Source of the DNA: an uncultured Acidobacteriota bacterium
GTDB lineage: Bacteria; Acidobacteriota; Terriglobia; UBA7540
Length of the DNA: 64,000 nucleotides
Direction of reading: 5' to 3'
NCBI GenBank assembly: GCA_963804995.1
Contig: CAWDSK010000001.1
Span: forward strand, 320,001-384,000
Position 1 is the stretch's first letter, and each line of letters starts with the position of its first letter. This document shows, in pieces, positions 40,264 to 50,091 of this stretch. The position numbers were made by a program, and so were the translations under genes. The notes beneath the pieces were generated by a model, which searched no databases, was not told where the DNA came from, and worked only from the letters and a program-made list of their open reading frames with translations.

Positions 40264-41247
40264 TCATAAGGGCAGCACGGTTCCGAGATTCTGCGCCAAG
40301 GCGCGTTGGTAAATCACGAGAGCAGTGGCCATGTCTTCGAGCGCGATACCCAAGTTGACAACCAGATAGCGATCGCTTGGCGCGCGGCGCTCGTGCCCTG
40401 TAGAAACCAGCGCAGCGAGCTCCTGGTATTTCGTAGGCATGCCCGCGAAATGCCCATGCCGGCGGTAGTATTCGAACTGGTCCCCATCGTCAACCCACAT
40501 TCCGTCTACGGCATGCCCCACAGCAGCCATGACGGTCGCGTCAAAATCCAGCGACGCAACCACACTGCCCGGTTTCAGCCACTCCGGAGGGATGACGGGC
40601 TGGGGATCCTTCACAATCGGGGCGCAGGTCACTACGATATCGGCTTCGGCCACCGCCGCGTTTGGGGTCGGCGCTTGTTCCACGCGCAGGCCCCAAGCGG
40701 AAACTTCGCGCTCGAAGATGGCGCGGGCCTCATCAGACGGATCAAACGCTGCAACTTCCCGGATGCCGGGGCAGACCCTGCGCAGCGCATCGGTGTTGGC
40801 CCGTCCCTGGACACCCGCGCCGATTATCGCCAGGCGCCGCGCGTCCTCGGAGGCCAATCGCTTGACAGCCACCGCCGTGGCGGCCGCAGTCCGTTTCTCG
40901 GTGATCCAGGTGCAGTCCATCACCGCCAATGGCACACCGGTTTCGGGGCAGTTCAAGATGAGCAGGCCGGTGATGTAAGGAAGTCCATAATGCCGGTTGC
41001 CGGGATAGCCGCTCACCCACTTGATGCCCGCGACGCTCATTCCCTGAAGATGCGCCGGCATGGCGTGGATAAAGGCGTCGGGAGCAGTGTGGATGCCGGG
41101 CTTGGGAGGCATTTCGACCTGCCCTGCCGCCTTCTCGCGAAAAGCTGCCTCCACGGCTTCCCTCACCTCATCGACGGAAACTGCGAGGGCTTCAATCTCC
41201 ACACGGGAGAGATAGAGCAATTGACGACCGCGTTCAAGCTTTAGCAT
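40264..41247 (-). CDS. Ornithine cyclodeaminase/mu-crystallin family protein
   Basis: MPPK, AMPA, GIKW, IT..RTAA, IIGAGVQG and GIALED motifs. Confidence 0.88.
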   Translation of the reverse strand: MLKLERGRQLLYLSRVEIEALAVSVDEVREAVEAAFREKAAGQVEMPPKPGIHTAPDAFIHAMPAHLQGMSVAGIKWVSGYPGNRHYGLPYITGLLILNCPETGVPLAVMDCTWITEKRTAAATAVAVKRLASEDARRLAIIGAGVQGRANTDALRRVCPGIREVAAFDPSDEARAIFEREVSAWGLRVEQAPTPNAAVAEADIVVTCAPIVKDPQPVIPPEWLKPGSVVASLDFDATVMAAVGHAVDGMWVDDGDQFEYYRRHGHFAGMPTKYQELAALVSTGHERRAPSDRYLVVNLGIALEDMATALVIYQRALAQNLGTVLPL

Positions 41248-41489
41248 GGGTCTCCTTTTGTCGCACGCTTCTGTGCGGATTCCACTTGGCGGGCAGCACC
41301 GCGAGCGGCTTCATCAGGATCATTTCCTGATCGGACGTTCTCAAGGGGTCGTGAAGCGTCGCGACAGTTGGTCATTTGCACGCTTGGGGCCTGGGGAGAA
41401 TCTGCAAGGAAAGAATTCAAGGGGCCTTACCCCCGCCCTTACCGATCCGTGGTGAGAAGTCCAGGGTCACCCGTTCGAGCCGGCAAATC

Positions 41490-42767
41490 CTACCATGCAA
41501 CCATGGCCTCTTCAAAGAGCATAGCCAACTCTTCCGGGCCAGCCGGTCGTGGTGAGAGTTTGGTGACGCGGTGCTGCGGCAGCGTGCCCTCCACAAGTTT
41601 CGGGATGTCAGCGGTAGAGTAGCCAAGCGCCCGCAGCCCATTGGGGATATCGAGATCGCGCATGAGCTGAATAATCCGGTCAGCAAGAATCTTGCCTGCG
41701 TCTTCGAGGTGCGCCCCCTTGACCTTGGCCCCCAGGATTTCAGCCGCCCGCAAGTGGCGTTCGGGGCAGGCCTGCGACGCGAATCGGTAGACCGCCGGCG
41801 CGTTCAAAATTACGGAGACACCGTGGGGGACGAGAGGATGGTCGACCGCATAGCCCGGCGCGCGGTATCCTCGCACCAGGCCGGAGACGGGATAAGACAT
41901 GCCATGCGGCAAATGCACGCCCGCGTTCCCGAACCCGATCCCCGCGTAGGCCGCCGCCAGCATCATGGAACCGCGTGCCTCGTCGTCTGAAGGGTCCCGG
42001 ACGGCGCGCTCAAGGTAGAGCGATAACAGCCGTAGCGATTCAAGGCTCCAAACATCACTGATGGGATTCGACCCCTGATAGGCGGGCCGCAGGAGGGGCC
42101 GCTCAGGTCGCGGGCGCTGGTGGAAGGGCAGTGCGGTGTAAGATTCGATGGCGTGGCTTAGCACATCCAGACCCGATGAGGCCGCTACCGCCGCTGGCTG
42201 TGTCCGCGTATTCTCCGGATCGATCAGGCCCAGCGTGGGCTTCAGACGGCGGTGGGCGATGCCGGTCTTGGCGTGCAGCTTGACGTAGTCAAAGATCGCA
42301 ACCCCGGTGGTTTCACTGCCCGTGCCGGCGGTGGTCGGAATCGCAATCAAGGGCTTCAGTGGACCCGGGACCGGCAAACCCTTCCCCACGGGAGGATTGA
42401 CGTAGTCAAGCAGATCGGCTGGGTAGCAACTGTAGAGGTTCGCGGCCTTCGCGGTGTCCATCGTTGACCCGCCACCCACGGCGACGAAGGCATCGAAATC
42501 CTCGGATTGCGCGGCAGCGGTCGCATCAAGCAGAGATTCGTCGGTGGGCTCAATGTGTACGCTGTCGAAGACCGAAAACCGGATTTCATTTGCAGTGAGC
42601 GACTCCTGAACCGTTGCGAGGGGTGGTAAGTTTCGCAGGTTGGGGTCCGCAAACACCAGGACGTGACTCTTCTTAAGGTCGGCCAGTTCTGCGCCCACCT
42701 CACGCGTGACCCCGAAACCAAACCGGATGGCCGCGGGTGCAATCTCGAATGCATACTCGAGTGGCAT
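41490..42767 (-). CDS. Hydroxyacid-oxoacid transhydrogenase-like Fe-ADH
   Basis: EPTD, GGGS.MDTAK, PTTAGTGSETT, RPAYQGSNPISD and GNAGVHLPHGMSYP motifs. Confidence 0.88.
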   Translation of the reverse strand: MPLEYAFEIAPAAIRFGFGVTREVGAELADLKKSHVLVFADPNLRNLPPLATVQESLTANEIRFSVFDSVHIEPTDESLLDATAAAQSEDFDAFVAVGGGSTMDTAKAANLYSCYPADLLDYVNPPVGKGLPVPGPLKPLIAIPTTAGTGSETTGVAIFDYVKLHAKTGIAHRRLKPTLGLIDPENTRTQPAAVAASSGLDVLSHAIESYTALPFHQRPRPERPLLRPAYQGSNPISDVWSLESLRLLSLYLERAVRDPSDDEARGSMMLAAAYAGIGFGNAGVHLPHGMSYPVSGLVRGYRAPGYAVDHPLVPHGVSVILNAPAVYRFASQACPERHLRAAEILGAKVKGAHLEDAGKILADRIIQLMRDLDIPNGLRALGYSTADIPKLVEGTLPQHRVTKLSPRPAGPEELAMLFEEAMVAW

Positions 42768-43205
42768 GGTGCCCCTTCGCTTGGTTCGGCCTTCCTCATT
42801 CAGCCCCCCAAGCCGGAAATTTGAATATGATGCCTACTTACAAGTAACGGACATACCCAATCGACTGACACGGAGTCCTGCGGTTATGTGTACCGAGCAA
42901 CATCCCCCTTGAGTGGCGCTTCGATCCCAAGGTTCGGAGTGACTTGCAAGTGAATCCGCCCTCGCCGGCGCTGCTGGCGCATCCCGCGGAGCAACCCCAA
43001 GTATGTCACCCACTCCTGCCAGTCGTTTGTCCCTTATACTGCGATACTAAATCATCGGAGCCGCTTCCGCAATGGAGAGCCGACTGCGGGGAGTTGCATG
43101 GGGAGATGGGCACCGCTTGGTGAGGTGCCCTGGGCAGGGCAAGCCCAGCCCCCACAAGGAGCGTTCGGTTGCGCCCGCGCCGCGTGGCGCTTTGTCCCTG
43201 CCGAT

Positions 43206-43980
43206 TTTTCAGACAATTTGCTGCGCGCATTGCATTTTTGGGCTACCGGTAGCCCAAAAGCGTACATTGCCTATTGACATAGGCCAGTGGTTTACGAGCA
43301 TAATAGAAGTAGGGAAGCGCAGCGCCCGGATGCGTCGCGGCGGCATTTCCTACCGAAGAACCGCGGACCCCAGAAGCGGGGTGTCCACGCAACACGGTCT
43401 CGGGAGCTTTCCATGACCTCCATCCTGCCGCGCACATCAAGTCTGGCCAAAATAGCCGCAAATCGGGCCCAGGGTCGGCAGTCAGAGGGCGCGATGACGC
43501 CGGCGGGCAAGGCCCCCATGACCAATTCGGAAATTACGGGCTATCGAGGCAAGCCGCGAGCGGCGGAGGGTGATCGGGCAGTGTGGAATTCCATTGACTA
43601 TCTGGGCCCCGAATCCCGGTTTTGTTTCACTGGATTTTCATGCCTCATGCCCTGGGACAGGCTGTCAATTTGTCGAGTGGAATTAGGTGGGGAGCACGTC
43701 CCTACAAAAAATATCAAAATGAAGAGTGCTCCCAATAACATAATGAAAACAAAGGTCGAAAAACGACACAATTTGGCATGGCCAATGACTATATGAAAAC
43801 AAACGGCTTATCGTATATGCCAATAACTTACTGAAAATGCACGAGATAGCATCACTTAAGGGCAGCGGAATCAAAGAAGAACACCTCAAACCCACCCTAG
43901 GCCAATAACTTAAAGAAAATAAACAAGTTATACGCTTATGTTCAAGGCAATGCCAATAAGTTTATGAAAAGATTGGAGAT
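43206..43980 (+). other. Palindrome-promoter-motif-array element, copy 2
   Basis: Perfect 24 bp TTTTGGGCTACCGGTAGCCCAAAA 43236-43259; TTGACA 43274; five CCAAT...GAAAA motifs at 43732, 43782, 43820, 43902 and 43953. Confidence 0.8.
43413..43796 (+). pseudogene. Short or relic ORF inside element 2 with an IAANR..S.G..T..GK motif
   Basis: GGGAG RBS; SLAKIAANRAQGRQSEGAMTPAGKA; ORF runs into the motif array. Confidence 0.4.
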
Positions 43981-44174
43981 GATGAGCAGGGACAAACCAT
44001 CCCCTTGTGGACCCGTGAGTCTTGAGCCGCTGAAGCGTATTGGAACCCGAGGAGAGCCCCAAATAATCGACCCTAATTACCTCCGAGCCACAAAACTTCA
44101 GGCCACTATCAATTCACCCCAATTGGAGTAGAATCCAGTTCCTTCTTGATCCCCAGCAGCCCCAGGAGGCCGTA

Positions 44175-45946
44175 ATGATAATCCGGAAGACGCTAACGTA
44201 CCTTATGTTGGGAATGGGACTGTTTGTTGCCCTACCTGCCTGGGCGCAACAGAAGCCATTGACCCAGGATCAAGTAAGAGGTTTGGTACGCAACCAGCTT
44301 GGCGACGAGACGGGTGCGCGCGCCATTCGCGAACGCGGCATCGACTTCGTGCCCAGCGACGATTTCCTGGAAGCCCTCAAAAACGCCGGGGCCACAGAAC
44401 CTTTTATCCAAGCCTTGAAAAAGGTGAAGCAGCCCGGCACCGCTTCCGCACCCGCAGCCCCCCGGGTGCCCTCCCCACCCGCAGCGCCTGCGGTTTCCGC
44501 CAACGCGCCACTCGATATGTTCCAGGTCCTCGATCTTCTAATCAGTGTGGTGCCGACGACTCGTATCGCCTCGCTCATCGGACAGCGCGGAATTGCGTTC
44601 TCGGCGCAGGGCGAAGTTTTGAAAGATTTTCAAATGTTGGGGGCTCAAAAAGGGATCCTTCGTGCCCTGCGCGAGGCGAAGGCATACCCCGCCGATCCGG
44701 ACGCCCTGAAAAAGCATGCTCAGCTTGTGGAGAACGACTACGCCGCCCGGCTGCAAAAAGATCCTAACAATCACGTGGTGCGCTTCGCCTTGGCGGAAGC
44801 GCTCGACACCCAAGGAAAGGACGATGAGGTCGTCGACCTGTTCCGAGCTGCTGTGAGGCTGAAGCCTGACGATCCGTGGGCGCATTACTGGCTTTCAATC
44901 GCGCTGGGGAGAAGGAGGGATTTGGAGGGAGCCCTCGCGGAGCTGCGCGAAGTCATCCGCCTGGACCCCAAGGACCCCCTCCCCCATCGGGACCTGGCAA
45001 GCGGGCTCAAGGAAAAGGGTGATGTGGACGGAGCGATCGCAGAGTATCGCGAGGCCCTGCGCTTGAACCCCAATGATGACATGGCGCACTTCGACATCGG
45101 GAACGCGCTCAGCAAGAAGGGAGACCTGGAGGGTGCAATCCCGGAATACCGGGAGGGCCTACGCCTGAACCCGACTCTTGTAGCAGCCCGCCTCGGCATG
45201 GGCAACGCACTCGAACAAAAGGGCGACCAGGATGGCGCCATCGCGGAATACCGCGAGGCCCTGCGCTTGAACCCAAAGCTCGCTGATGCGCAGGTCAGCC
45301 TTGGCCGTGCGCTCTTTATGAAGGAAGACTGGGATGGGGCAATCCGGGAAGAACGCGCAGGGTTGCTCCTAAATCCCCATAGTGACGTTGCGCATTCCAT
45401 TCTCGGTGCTGCACTCGAAAAGAAGAAGGACCGGGATGGCGCAATTGCGGAGTTTCGGGAGGCGCTACGCCTAAACCCCAATAGTGACTATGCCCACGGT
45501 AGTCTAGGCGACGCACTTGGAGAAAAGGGCGACCTGGGGATGGCGCGATCGTGGAGTTTCGCGAACTGGTGCGTTTGAGGCCCCATGACGCCCAAGCGCA
45601 TGGCAGCCTCGGCGTCGCGCTCATACAAAAGGCCAATTGGGATGGTGCAATCGCGGAGTTTCGCGAAGTGGTGCGCTTGACGCCCAATGATGCTCAAGCG
45701 CATTGCGTCCTCGGTATCTCGCTCGGGCAGAAGGGCGAAGTGAATGGCGCGGTCGCGGAGTATCGGGAGGCGCTGCGTCTGGACCCTAACCTCCCGGAAG
45801 CACACTACAACCTTGGCGTCGCGCTGGAGAGGAAGGGCGACCGGCAGGGAGCACTTGAGGAGTACAGCGTGGCATGCAAGCTTGACCCCCAGGAAGCGAA
45901 CTATCAGCAGAATTACCAGCGGCTGTCGAAACAGCTGAATAAATGA
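44175..45946 (+). CDS. Exported TPR-repeat protein; frameshift near 45533-45540
   Basis: Signal peptide; many 34-aa GD.DGAIAEYREALRLNP repeats that continue in a shifted frame to 45946; AGGAGG RBS. Confidence 0.88.
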
Positions 45947-46261
45947 TGAGCATGAACCACGGGCAGGATCGTTGGAGCGGCGGCTTTTCATAGCAAGCAT
46001 AGAACGGACCTGTTCTTCAAGGTCCGCGACTCTTCGCATCCTAATGCCCGCTACTGCGGGTTAACGATTGACAGCTTGCCTTTGGATTCGAGAGCACGAA
46101 TTTTCAGAAGAACCCTTAAGGAAGGGGTTAGCACGTGGAACCTGAAATTCCCTATTCCCGAAGCGACCTGAACGGCGGGGCGTGGGCTGAGGTTACGCTT
46201 AGCGACAGGTACTCACTCCACTCCAAGCGAATGGCACTAGGCAGAAGGCGAGGAGGCATCG

Positions 46262-47476
46262 ATGGACAGTGGCAGAGGCGGATCCAAACATATTGAGTTC
46301 TGGAAAGTCGCGATTCCAATCCTGTTGGTTTTGTGTTTCGGGGTAACCGCATCGCGCGCCAGCGACACCGATGACCTCGAAGTCGTCGTGGGAAATACCG
46401 TCGAGATCACCGGTTCGCGACGTTACTGCTGGTTCCCCACCGTTCATCAATTCTCAACTGGCGAAATCATGGCCACCATGCGGATGAGTCCGGACGAAAC
46501 GAATCCGGAAGGAGACTTCTCCGCCTACTGCATTTCGAAGGATAAGGGGCTGACCTGGAGCCAAAGGTACACCATGGGGGCGGGGGCTAATGTGGATGGG
46601 GCATACAGCGAGTCACCGCGCCCGGATGGAAGTATTTGGCAACTCTATGGTTGGGTGAGTTCTCTGTTTGCGGAGCCCTCTGAACAATTCCATATGACCT
46701 TAACCAAGTTTTCGCAGGGGGGAATGCAGTTCACCCAGTGGCGCGACGTTCCCTTGCGGACCTCGCAACCTATCCAACTTTCGCACACTGACACGTTTGA
46801 CCGGAAAGTTCAGGATGGGCACCTCGCCGCGCAGCCGGGACTGGTTCCCTGGGGAGCTATGCTCGATGGGCTGAACGGGGATCTGATGACTACGGCCTAT
46901 TACACTGCCGACCGGGATCCGCATTACTACCGGCTGGCCTTAATCCGATCGAGTGATGGTGGCAAGTCCTGGAGTGAATACTCAACCCTTGCCGCAGTGA
47001 ATCCGGGGGAGCAGCCTTGGCCGGGGATGGGCAATGAGGGGCCGTGTGAGGCGGGCATGGTGCGTCTGGCTGATCAGCGGCTATACGCCATGTTCCGTAC
47101 CGGGGGAGACGGCTTCATTGGGAACGTGTGGTCGAAGGATGATGGGAGAACCTGGACGAAGCCAGTCTCTACACCCTACAAGGGAGTTGCTCTGCGAGTG
47201 CGCCGGCTGAGCAACGGGGTCCTGGCATGCACGACGGGGCGGCCAGGTCCGGTGGTCGTGATGTTCAGCTTGGACGGGACTGGCGAAAAGTGGTCGCACG
47301 TCACTCCAATCTTCGATGGGAAGAGCACACACTACACGGATTTCATTGAGGTGGAGCCTGGGAAGTTGCTGGTGGTGTATGACCACACGCCGTACGGCTG
47401 GAATGCGATTCCTCCTGCTGATCCCGACTCGAGGAACGTCATCTACGGGACATTCGTTTCCATTCGGAGGAAATAG
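46262..47476 (+). CDS. BNR/Asp-box sialidase-like beta-propeller protein
   Basis: Asp boxes SKDKGLTW, SSDGGKSW and SKDDGRTW; signal-like N-terminus. Confidence 0.8.
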   Translation: MDSGRGGSKHIEFWKVAIPILLVLCFGVTASRASDTDDLEVVVGNTVEITGSRRYCWFPTVHQFSTGEIMATMRMSPDETNPEGDFSAYCISKDKGLTWSQRYTMGAGANVDGAYSESPRPDGSIWQLYGWVSSLFAEPSEQFHMTLTKFSQGGMQFTQWRDVPLRTSQPIQLSHTDTFDRKVQDGHLAAQPGLVPWGAMLDGLNGDLMTTAYYTADRDPHYYRLALIRSSDGGKSWSEYSTLAAVNPGEQPWPGMGNEGPCEAGMVRLADQRLYAMFRTGGDGFIGNVWSKDDGRTWTKPVSTPYKGVALRVRRLSNGVLACTTGRPGPVVVMFSLDGTGEKWSHVTPIFDGKSTHYTDFIEVEPGKLLVVYDHTPYGWNAIPPADPDSRNVIYGTFVSIRRK

Positions 47477-47604
47477 CACCGGGTACACCCGCAACAAAGA
47501 TCGGCGAACTTTCAGCCTCAGCGATCAGTTCGGACCGTGAGCGCTTAAGCTAAAATGATAAGGCCTGGGTGGAGCAAGGTGATCAGGGAAGGAGACGGCA
47601 AGCA

Positions 47605-48471
47605 ATGTCGGGTGCGGAAGGGAAAAGGAGATTTGCCCCGGGGCCAATGCCGAAAGGCCACCCGCTGGGGCGCAGAGAATTCCTGACTTCCAGTCTCGCC
47701 GGTCTCCTTGCTGCGGGTCTATGGCCTGGCGGACTGGAAGCGCAAGACTCGGGTGAAAATTTTCAGTTCGTAGCAATGAATGACACGCATTTCCGCGACG
47801 ATCAAGATCTTCAATTCTTCGAGCAACTGGCCGCAAGAATTAGGGGCACCGAGGGCGCTGCCGAATTCATTCTCCACGCCGGCGACGTTGTGGATGGCGG
47901 TCTTCCAAAACAACTGGGTCCTATGAAGTCTTTCTTTGACAGCCTCGACAGGCCTTGCCACCTGGTGCCCGGCAACCACGATGTGGACGTGGACGATGGG
48001 TCGCTCCGAAGTTATCGAGCGGTGTTCGGAGAACACGCGGCCAACGCGTGGTTCAAGCACAAGGGCTGGCAGTTCGTGGGGCTGGACAGCACCGAAGGGA
48101 CTAAATGGAAGGACGTGCAAGTTCAAGCTGCCAACCTCGCATGGCTACATGAAACGGTGGCGGAACTCGACCACCAGAAGCCTGTCGTCTTGTATACGCA
48201 CATGCCTTTGGGAAGCGAGGTGCCGTACCAAGCCGCTAATGCTGATGCGGTGCTGTCAATGTTCGTTGAGCACAATCTAAAAGCCGTCTTCAACGCCCAT
48301 TTCCATGGGTACACGCTGCGCGACTATCGCGGGGCAGGAGTCACCACGGACCGCTGCCTCTCGCGATGGAGAGCTAACATGGACGGCTCAGTTGATAAGG
48401 GCTACTTCAGGTGCAAAGTGGAGGCAGGGCACATCACTCGTGAATTCGTTCGCTTCAACTTTAAGGCGTAA
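47605..48471 (+). CDS. Tat-exported calcineurin-like metallophosphoesterase
   Basis: GRREFL leader; DTH, GD, GNHD, HMP and AHFH motifs; start uncertain. Confidence 0.85.
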   Translation: MSGAEGKRRFAPGPMPKGHPLGRREFLTSSLAGLLAAGLWPGGLEAQDSGENFQFVAMNDTHFRDDQDLQFFEQLAARIRGTEGAAEFILHAGDVVDGGLPKQLGPMKSFFDSLDRPCHLVPGNHDVDVDDGSLRSYRAVFGEHAANAWFKHKGWQFVGLDSTEGTKWKDVQVQAANLAWLHETVAELDHQKPVVLYTHMPLGSEVPYQAANADAVLSMFVEHNLKAVFNAHFHGYTLRDYRGAGVTTDRCLSRWRANMDGSVDKGYFRCKVEAGHITREFVRFNFKA

Positions 48472-48540
48472 GACGAGCGGCCGCCGGATAACTTTGCTGG
48501 AGACCTGGGCCATCGCGGTGGAGCCTCGCGGGCTTAAGTG

Positions 48541-48610
48541 ACCCCTCACCCGTCCCGCTCCGGCTGATGAAAACGCCGGCAGCGGTCCACCCTCTCCCCT
48601 CGGAGAGGGC
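48541..48610 (+). repeat. REP-like family A copy, flanked by an 11 bp direct repeat
   Basis: Matches 972-1041; GGCTTAAGTGA at 48531-48541 and 48650-48660. Confidence 0.85.
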
Positions 48611-48672
48611 TGGTAGTTCGTGCGGTGTCAAATCTGCGGAAATGTGGCTGGCTTAAGTGAACCGTCTAGGCC

Positions 48673-50091
48673 TTACGGCGCCATCTTCATTTCCAACTTG
48701 AACGGCGCCAGTTCCTGCTTGATAACTTTATCAACGCCGACCGCGACGATGGCTTGACGCGCCGCTGGGAAGTATTTGGCGCTTGCCGCGTCCACGTTTT
48801 TAATCGTCACCTTACCGATTCGCTCACTCTGCAAGCCCAACTCTTCCGGCGGCAGGCCGAGAATCCACAGGCGTGCAAGCGACCGCGCCACGGAATCCTG
48901 TGCCTGGAGGTCGATAGCCTGATTGCCGACCAGGTATCTCTGGGCGTGCAGCACGTCGTCCTGAGAGGGGCTGGTGGTGGCCATGCGGTTCAGCTCATAC
49001 AGGATTTCGTTGAGCGCTGCGCCCGTGACGGCATTCTGCACGGGCGCCCAGGTCTGGAAAACCGCGGCCGTGCGTCGTGATGCCAGGTAGGAGCCCGGCG
49101 AATACGTGTAGCCCTTGTCTTCGCGGATGTTCAGGATCAAGCGGGAGCCGAACATTCCCCCGTAGATGGCGTTGGCCACCTGGGTGGCGGCGAAATCCGG
49201 ACTGCTCTCCGTGGGGCCGATTGAGCCGAGCGCCAGGGTGGTCTGGACGGAGTCCGGGCGATCCACAACCATGATGGCGTGTTCGACCGGGTGTGAGGGC
49301 TTTCCCAAGGCCGGAACCGGCGGTGTCGAAGGCGCGGTCCACTTGCCCAGCAGCGATTCGACGGTCGCCATCATCTTCCCCGTTTCGAAATCACCCACCA
49401 CCACCAGAATCGCCTGGTCGGGCCGAAAGCGGCGTGCGTACTCACTCTTCAAATCCTGTGGAGTGGTTTTGGCGATGGTCGCCTGGGTCAAGGAGGTCAC
49501 TGCGTAAGGGTGCTGGCCGAAAAGGGCACTTGCCAGCGCGCGGCTGGCCAGAAAGAACGGGTCGGCTTCCTGTTCGCGCAGATGGTCAGCAGCGTTACGC
49601 TTGGCGAGTGCAACTTCGCTGTCAGGGAAGATGGCGTTTTGGATGACGTCCGCGAAAACCGCGAGGCCCGCTTCGGTTTTGGACGAGAGAACGCTCGTCC
49701 CGACCACGATTGACTCGCTCCCTGCGTCGCCGCTCAGGTCCCCGCCCGCCGCTTGCACCTCTTCGGCAATCTGCCTGGCCGTTCGCGTCTTCGTCCCTTG
49801 ATCGATGGTGGCCGTCAGCAGGTCCGAGAGCCCTGGCCGGTCCCTGGGATCAGCCGACATCCCACCGCGTACGGCGAGCTCAAAGGTGACCTCTGGATAC
49901 CCCGGGCGCGGCACCAGCCACAGCGTGAGCCCATTCGCGAGCTTCCTTGCGGTGACTTGCGGGGCGTGGAAAGGTTTCAACTCACCGTAGGGCGGCAACT
50001 CCGCCGGCAGAGGCTTTTCCTTCTCCGCTTTCACGGTACCAGGGGCAACGAGAAGAACCAGAAAGAAAATTGACAGGATTCGACGGGCCAT
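48673..50091 (-). CDS. M16 peptidase family, non-catalytic subunit
   Basis: L.NGL, GGMFGSRL..NIREDKGYTY motifs; lacks HxxEH; coupled to the upstream M16 gene. Confidence 0.88.
   Translation of the reverse strand: MARRILSIFFLVLLVAPGTVKAEKEKPLPAELPPYGELKPFHAPQVTARKLANGLTLWLVPRPGYPEVTFELAVRGGMSADPRDRPGLSDLLTATIDQGTKTRTARQIAEEVQAAGGDLSGDAGSESIVVGTSVLSSKTEAGLAVFADVIQNAIFPDSEVALAKRNAADHLREQEADPFFLASRALASALFGQHPYAVTSLTQATIAKTTPQDLKSEYARRFRPDQAILVVVGDFETGKMMATVESLLGKWTAPSTPPVPALGKPSHPVEHAIMVVDRPDSVQTTLALGSIGPTESSPDFAATQVANAIYGGMFGSRLILNIREDKGYTYSPGSYLASRRTAAVFQTWAPVQNAVTGAALNEILYELNRMATTSPSQDDVLHAQRYLVGNQAIDLQAQDSVARSLARLWILGLPPEELGLQSERIGKVTIKNVDAASAKYFPAARQAIVAVGVDKVIKQELAPFKLEMKMAP

Noticed and set aside
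42835..42951. Two ACTT(A/G)CAAGT palindromes upstream of the transhydrogenase gene as an operator
   Set aside because: Only 10-12 bp and no regulator nearby. They cannot be distinguished from chance.
46040..46260. Possible riboswitch or sRNA upstream of the BNR gene
   Set aside because: Only a short hairpin and a TTGACA are visible, with no recognisable RNA family consensus.
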